NCBI RefSeq assembly: GCF_009914755.1
Contig: NC_060930.1
Length of the DNA: 64,000 bases
Reading direction: 5' to 3' (one strand)
Origin: the human T2T-CHM13v2.0 reference genome, Homo sapiens
Shown here: positions 56,421-64,000 of the stretch, in pieces
Numbering within the stretch: the stretch's first letter is position 1
Layout of the letters: every line of letters starts with the position of its first letter
Notes under the pieces: model-generated
Told to the model about the DNA's origin: nothing
The model's database searches: none
The model's input: only the letters and a program-made list of their open reading frames with translations
Made by a program: the position numbers and the translations under genes

Positions 56421-57212
56421 AAAAGGCGTTGCATAGAAAAGGAAGATTGTATGCAAAGACACAGTGGTGTGTTTGGGGGATGTTCAATAGGTCAGGGCAT
56501 GAAAAACTTTAGCTCTGGACCTTGTTAGGGAGAAAGAAAAATGCCACAAGGCTTTTTGTACCTTTTATCTTTGTTCTTAACTTCATCTTTAAAATAATTA
56601 GATCAGGCCTGATTATGTTTAAGGTCTACTCCACTATTAAAATCCATAGTGACTGTTTCGTTAGATTGATAATACTCCCAGAAATGAATAATCCACTGCA
56701 GATGTTTCCTGAAATTATGCTCTATAATGTGTGGTGAGAGGCTCCTAGGAAGTTGGAGGCTCAGCCTAAAGTGGCCCACTTAGAAAAAAAAATTGTGAAG
56801 CATATTTGAAGTTTATTGTGTTTTATCTTAAAAGATCATGTACATCCTATTTCTGAATAGATCTGGCAGGATTTTCTTAATAAAGTGTTTTATTATTATT
56901 CACTGATGTCCCGGGAAGATAGGCCAGCCTCAGCCTTTAGATTTAATTATTTCCTGGTAGCTACTTACATAAACTCTGAGTAACAATGAAAGTCCATGCC
57001 TGGAACCTATTTTCTACTCTGAGTCTTCTCACTTGCCCACTCACTGCCAGCTTCACAGAGGCACAGTCTGAGCACCAGCTCTCTGCAGAAGTGAAATACA
57101 GTGGAACGTGGGGATGAGAAGAGGAGAGCAGCAAGAGTAGTTTCACTGGGTTAACTGATCTGTATCAACGTCCTGGGCTGGAGAGAATCAAGTAATGGCA
57201 TGATGAGCCTTA

Positions 57213-57695
<483 letters not shown>

Positions 57696-58858
57696 TTATT
57701 TTTAGACAACTTTACTCTAAAATATGTTGGTTCCTCTGAATGAGTTCACAGCGTATACTGCATACCCCTTTGGTCTGATCCTCTTGAACAAAAACACCTC
57801 CATTTTTCCTTTTTATTACATAATAAAATAAAATGAGCAGTCTCCCAGCGCCATCCCAGAAGTACTCCTCCACTGAATGCTCTTTTTTTGTTGGCTTCTA
57901 TCTACACATTTGCCTTCCTGTGAACCCTTTGCCCTACTTTTGTAACCTAAAGACATTAATAGAAACTTAAGTTCTTTCCACCATTCATTTTGTTTTTTGG
58001 TTGTCCCCATTTTTAACTCATGAGGTCACTCTGTGTTTCATCAGATTTCCTACACTGCAGCCTTCTGCTATTTTTCTACTAGAACAGCCGAGGACTAACA
58101 CTTTATATGGCATTGCAAGGGAAGAAGGATTAAGCCATTGGTAGTTGCAGAGATCTGACTTGGTGATAAGAGATCTGCCAGTGATTAGAGACCCCACCTA
58201 GTTGGTCTTAAAATGGAATTAGTCCAGATGGTGCCAATGGGAATTAAGGGACTGCATGGTCCCAGAGCAAACACAATACCTGTCTTTTGGATGCTCTTAA
58301 TCTCAGGGGCAAAGGAGGGAAATGGGGCTTTCAGAGGCTGAGCCACACATTCCCCCGTGATTATAGTGGTAAATACTTGTGATTTAAAGTGACTGTTTAT
58401 CAGATACTAGAAATGTCTTTTAAATCCTTAAAGGAGTATAAAGGTCTGTTTGAGAGTCACGTGTTATGGAAATTAACAGGAGTTTTAAAGTCATTTATAC
58501 ATATTTCTGAGACTGCATCTACAAAGGTTTTCAATAATCTTCATTAAATATATATCTTTGGGACGAAACACAAGATTCATCTAGAAAACATGACTTGCGG
58601 ATAAATATGTTTTCTTTGTGTACCTTTTTTGCTTACAGAACCTCTTCTATGTATAGCTGGACAAATTTCAGGCGCTATATGCAAATAGGCATACCAAGAG
58701 TGCTTACTTCTTTGTTTCCAGTTTCCTAGAATTTGGCATCAGAGTTAAAGTAGATTCTTGGTAAATGTACTGTTTTTAGGTACTAGGAAAATCAGAGGCT
58801 GTCTGTACTCACAAGGTTTTTCCCCTTAAATTTGTCCTTATCAACTTGTCTGATGACA

Positions 58859-58994
58859 GGAGGGGCATGGTGGCTCATGCCTGTAATCCCAGCATTTTGG
58901 GAGGCTGAAAAGGGAGGATTACTTGAGTCCAGGAGTTTGAGAACAGCCTGGGCATCATAGCAAGACTCTATTCTACCAAAAAATAATTTTTAAA
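58859..58994 (+). mobile_element. FLAM (free left Alu monomer)
   Basis: Monomer only; TSD TTGTCTGAT[G/A]ACA on both sides. Confidence 0.88.
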
Positions 58995-59574
58995 AATTGT
59001 CTGATAACAGATCAATGTCCAGTCTTCAGCTTTAAGCTCAAATCTTTGGTGAAATGCACATAATCTGACTGAAATATTTTTTTGTATTGTTATTCATTAT
59101 ACTTTAATGTAAATGAACATTCTCAGAGACTTTGACAAGGAGTGGAGAGGAAAGCTCAGGGGACTGAGTTGCTGTGGGTGATAATGAGGAAAGCATCTCT
59201 GAGAGTGAAAATGAATACATCCTGACAGCTTAGTTCAACAGTTATTCATGGGGTGGCCTTGCTCTCGTTCATGAAACTAGTGCATTTCCTTCAAAGGGGA
59301 GGAGCTTCCAAACTTTAACATGCTATGTGTGCAAATAGGAATGGAATATATAGTGTCATGGAATCTAAGTCCAGCTGCCATTTTTGGAGGCTCCCTCTTG
59401 TGGGCATGCACCCATCTATGTCAATGTGGGCAAATCAAACTTGCCGCCATTAAGAAGTCTTAGACGCGTGCATATAATGCACGTTCTTCATGGTCAACTT
59501 TCTTACTGCTGGATGACAGAATTGACTTTTGAGGCTGAATGATGCCAAAATTTCTTGTCACATTACAGAGTTTG

Positions 59575-59790
59575 CATGTAGTTTTCCTTTCTTTCGATAT
59601 CTTTGGTTTTGGTGTCAGGTAATACTGGTCTTATAGAAGAAAGCCTCTCATCTTTTATTTTTTGGAAAAGTTTACGAAGGGTTGGCATTCTTCTTTAAAT
59701 GTTTGGTAGAATTCACCAGTGAAGCCACTTGCACCTGGGCTTTTCATTGTGAAAAGTTTTTGTTGTTGTTGTTAATTTTTATTACTATAT
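59575..59790 (-). mobile_element. L1 ORF2 fragment
   Basis: TCTTCTTTAAATGTTTGGTAGAATTCACCAGTGAAGCCA. Confidence 0.8.
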
Positions 59791-59794
59791 GTGT

Positions 59795-60022
59795 AAGGAA
59801 AAAGAAAGATTAGTGGTTGCCTAGTGACCTCTAGGTAGTGACTAATTGCCTAGTGATTTCTAGGAGAAGCTCAGGGTTTCTTTTTGGGGTGATGAACATA
59901 TTCTATAATTAGATTGTGGTAAGGTTGTGTAATTATGTGAATATACTAAAAATCACTGAATTGTTCACTTTAAATGAGCGAACTAGTATGTGAATTATAT
60001 TTTTGTGAAGTCATTTAAAAAA
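59795..60022 (+). mobile_element. L1MB-like 3' UTR fragment
   Basis: AGATTAGTGGTTGCCTAG...GGGTGATGAACATATTC...GTGAATATACTAAAAATCACTGAATTG. Confidence 0.75.
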
Positions 60023-60510
60023 CAGGTATTGATTCTTTTCATCCTCTCTACTGCTTCTCTTGTTTCTATATTATTAATTTCTGCTTTCTTAAAACTTCTT
60101 TAGATTGCTCTTTCTTAAACTTAATTATATTTACTTTATTAATTAATTTAATTAAAATTACATGTTTACCTTTAAGAAGCACTTACAGCTAACATTTTTA
60201 TAGGTAGTACTTTTATTCTGTTGTAAATATTTTTTAATTCTGTCATAAATGTCTATGTCCCTAAAATCATAGGCTTAAAATACGTAGGTATTTGAATATT
60301 TTGCAACATTTACTGTGATTTCCCTTTTTGTCCTCATGAGTTACCTAAGAAGACATGTCAAAAGTTTTCCAGATATGTTTGTGTTTCCTATCTCTTAGTG
60401 AATTTCAATTTTTGTTACCATGTGTACTTATCTTTACTCTTACTAATGCATTATGTCTGAAATTCTATTTTGTCTAATACTGATATTGTTACACAAAATT
60501 TCTTTGCTTA

Positions 60511-60913
60511 TGTTAAAATAAAAACTTTAGACTAATTAAATTTGGCAGACTTTATTTGAGCAAAGAAAGATTCATGAATCAGGAAGCATTCAAGCCAGAA
60601 GGGGTTCAGAGAGCTCTGCCTAGCAATGCAAGCAGCAAGCTTTTACAGGCTGAACACAGAAGCAAAGTAGAGAAATCACCTGATTGGTTACAGGTAAACT
60701 TCAACTTTATTTGAACCTGGTGTGATGTGGCACTTTCCTGTTTGGGCATGGCATAATGAGTTGGCTGCCTGTGATTGGCTGAAACTCAGCTATTTGTTGA
60801 ACTCCTAAATTAAGTTTCAGTTTGTTTACGCACTAAGTTAGGTTGCAGTTTGTTATGTAGGAATTCAAAGAATCAACACAGCCTCAGGCTAATGGCCTTC
60901 TACTTATTTAACA
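60511..60913 (-). mobile_element. MER57/MER93-group (ERV1) solo LTR
   Basis: TGTTAAAATAAAAACTTTAGAC..ATTAAATTT...GATTGGCTGAAACTCAG...TTTAACA; TSD CTTA/ATTA. Confidence 0.75.
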
Positions 60914-61595
60914 ATTATTAATTGCAAGTTTTCACTTTTCCCATTACTTTCAATCTTTCTGTCTGATTGTGCTGGAGATTTTTAGTGTTTCTTATAGACA
61001 TCAACTAGCTAGCTTACAAAGCTCTATCTGTTAGTTTCTGTCATTTATCAGATGCATTTAATTCATTTTCACTGTCATAATCACTGATATATTTGCATTT
61101 ATTTCTACTACCCTATTTTCCTTTTACTATCCATTTTTATTGGATTTAAAAAATGTATTTCCATGCCTTCTTTTGGATAAAGCTGTTTTTTAATAATATC
61201 CTTCATGAATATTACCCCCCACTGTTGGCTTGGAAGCATTTCTATCATTTTAAGGTATTTCAATTACCATCTCTAATCTTCAACTATAATATTTTTCCTA
61301 ACATCTAAATTTATTGAGAAAATTCCTGAATGTTACAAAACCCCTGGGTATATTTAACTACCTATTAAATAACTACCTCCTAGAGATTTTAAAGATTTCC
61401 CAAAATTGCTAAACTAGCTTTTAAAATTGTCAACATTAAATTAATAAACCGACAATTTGTTAATATTGTGTTTACCACTCTTTCTTGTATCCTATGTGCC
61501 TTCCCTCTGGGTCGACTTTTCTTTTTGCTTAAATATATCCTTTAATATTTGTGCTCATGAGCATCAATTAATGGTAAACTCTCTAGGCTCTTTAA

Positions 61596-61921
<326 letters not shown>

Positions 61922-62022
61922 TATTTCTTCTCATTTTTTAAATCATAGTTGGGGAATAAAACTTTAGTCTGAGTTAATTTTACTGAACATTTTGAGCATG
62001 ATTCTTTCCTGAAATCCTCTGG

Positions 62023-63488
62023 TGACTGAAATCAGTGGGTTCTTGGTCTCCCTAACTTAAAGGGTAAAGCCGCAAACCCTTGCAGTGAGTGTTACAGTTC
62101 TTAAAGGTTGTGGGTCTGGAGTTTGTTCCTTCAGCTGTTCAGACAGGTTCAGGGTTTTTTCCTTCTGGTGGGTTCGTGGTCTTGCTGGCTTCAAGAGTTA
62201 AACTGCATACCTTCCTGATGAGTGTTATAGCTCTTAAGGTGATGTGTCTGGAGTTGTTCATTACCCTTTCACGGTCTTGCTGGCTTCAAGAGTGAAACTA
62301 CAGACCTTTGCAGTGACTGTTACAGCTCACAAGAGCAGTGCAATGCTGACCCAAAGAATCAACAACATCAAGATTTATTTTAAAGAACCAAAAAACAAAG
62401 CTTACACAGAGTACAAGCACACCCAACCAAATTGCCACTGCCGGGCTGGAGCAGCCTGCTTTTATTCCCTTCTTTGGCCCCACCCACATCCTGCTGATTG
62501 GCCCATTTTACAGAGAGCTGATTGGTCTGTTTTGACAGGGTGCTGATTGGTGCATTTACAATCCCTGAGCTAGACACAGAGTGCTGATTGGTGCGTTTAC
62601 AATCCTTTAGCTAAACACAAAAGTTCTCCAAGTCCCTACTAGATTAGCTAGACACAGAGCATTGATTGGTGCATTTACGAACATTGAGCTAGACACAGAG
62701 TGCTGATTGGTGCATTTACAATCCGTTAGGTAGACACAAAAGTTCTCCAAGTCTCCACCAGATTAGCTAGACACAGAGTGCTGATTGGTGCATATACAAT
62801 CCTCCAGCTAGACATGAAAGTTTTTCAAGTCAGGACTTGACTCAAGAGCCCAACTGGCTTTGCCTAGGCTCCACCTAGTGGATCCCTTGGCCGGGTCACG
62901 GGCGCAGCTGCCTACCACTGCCGCACCGCACCTGCGCTTCTCAGCCCTTGGGCGGTCAGTGGGACCCGGCGCCACGGAGCAGGGGGCGGTGCCCGTTGCG
63001 GAGGCTCGGGCCGCGCGGGAGCCCACCATGGGGGGGGCTCGGGAATGGCGGGCTGCAGGCCCCGAGCCCTGCCCCTCTGGGAGGCGGCTGAAACCCGGTG
63101 AGAATTCGAGCGTGGCGCGGGTGGGCCAGCAGTGTTTGGGGACCCGGAGCACTCTCCACAGCTGCTGGTCCAGGTGCTAAGTCCCTCACTGCCCAGCACC
63201 TGCAGCGCCGACCGGCCGCTCTTGAGTGCGGGGCCTGCAGAGCCCACGCCCACCCGGAACTCGCGCTGGCCCGTGAGCGCCGTGCCGCAGCCCCGGTTCC
63301 CGCCCGCGCCTCTCCCTCCACACTTCGCCGCAAGCAGAGGGAGCCGGCTCCGGCCTCAGCTGGCCCAGAGAGGGGCTCCCTCAGTGCAGTGGCGAGCTGA
63401 AGGGCTCCTCAAGGGCGGCTGGAGTGGACGCTGAGGCCGAGGAGACGCCAAGAGCAAACGAGGGCTGCTAGTACATTGTCACCTCTCA
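62023..63488 (-). mobile_element. LTR12-family (ERV9) solo LTR, more diverged and not LTR12C
   Basis: Ends TGTCACCTCTCA; seven ATTGG (CCAAT) sites between 62497 and 62788; CpG-rich U3; 4-bp TSD CTGG at 62019-62022 and 63489-63492. Confidence 0.92.
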
Positions 63489-63492
63489 CTGG

Positions 63493-64000
63493 TAACTACA
63501 GTTGCTGTCAGTTTAACTGTAAGTCCTTTGTAAGTAACCTGTCTTTTTATGTCTAGTAGCTTTGAAGGGTTTCCCTCTCTATTTGTTTTCAATGATTTCT
63601 AGTTTCACTACATATATTATCTTGTACAATTACCATCTATACCTCTGGGTGCTTGGACTTTGCTCTGAAGACTCGTCTTCACCTCTGGAAAAGCATCAGC
63701 AAATACCTCTTCAAATATTGCCTTTCTACCTTTTTGGAAATTCTGTTAGCCGTGTGTAAGTCAGATCTTTCGTTTATCCTCCAAGTCCTTTATTTTGTTA
63801 TTTTTTTCTCTTTGTCTCTGTGATGCGTTCCAGTGAAATCCTCAGTAGTATCTTGTAGTGCCCTTGTACTTTCTATACAATCTCTCTACCAAGATTTTTT
63901 CCAATAAATTTGTTTTTTTGTGTTTAAATTTTTTACATTTTTTAGATCTACCTGTTTTGCTTAATTTATTCTTATTTTTGTTTGCCAATTTTATATCTTA
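63493..64000 (-). mobile_element. Old L1 (L1M) fragment; similar AT-rich L1 pieces at ~60030-62020
   Basis: T-rich antisense L1-like sequence (TTTCTAGTTTCACTAC, TCTTCAAATATTGCCT). Confidence 0.5.

Overview
Primate (very likely human or great ape) non-coding genomic DNA. A large share is interspersed repeat: about 20 Alu/FLAM/FRAM copies (J, S and Y types), L1 and L2 fragments, MIRs, MaLR LTRs including one complete MST provirus, ERVL/ERV1 solo LTRs (LTR16, LTR33, MLT2, MER21/77, MER51, MER57), two minus-strand ERV9 solo LTRs (LTR12 family) and hAT MITEs. I cannot support any protein-coding gene, structured RNA gene or CRISPR array. The supplied ORFs are short and are mostly Alu, L1, LTR or low-complexity translations. 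I could not identify the locus, and I do not see a new multi-gene biological system. The most notable signals are sequence-level scars of DNA repair and retrotransposition: (1) a palindrome-rich fold-back repeat at 55.7-55.9 kb with a microhomology-jump repeat right beside it; (2) an exact 28-bp templated insertion copied from 2.9 kb away (40.3 kb to 37.4 kb); (3) a minimal L1 stub carrying an apparent 3' transduction (50.6-50.8 kb); (4) an old ~160-bp duplication of an LTR junction; (5) an L2 copy that looks shifted from AT to GC. There are also candidate regulatory and splicing features: an LTR12C with an altered poly(A) signal, bZIP/CArG and GATA/ETS motif clusters, and a recursive-splice-like site. 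Repeat subfamily names come from recalled consensus features and boundaries were read by eye, so both need RepeatMasker/Dfam confirmation.
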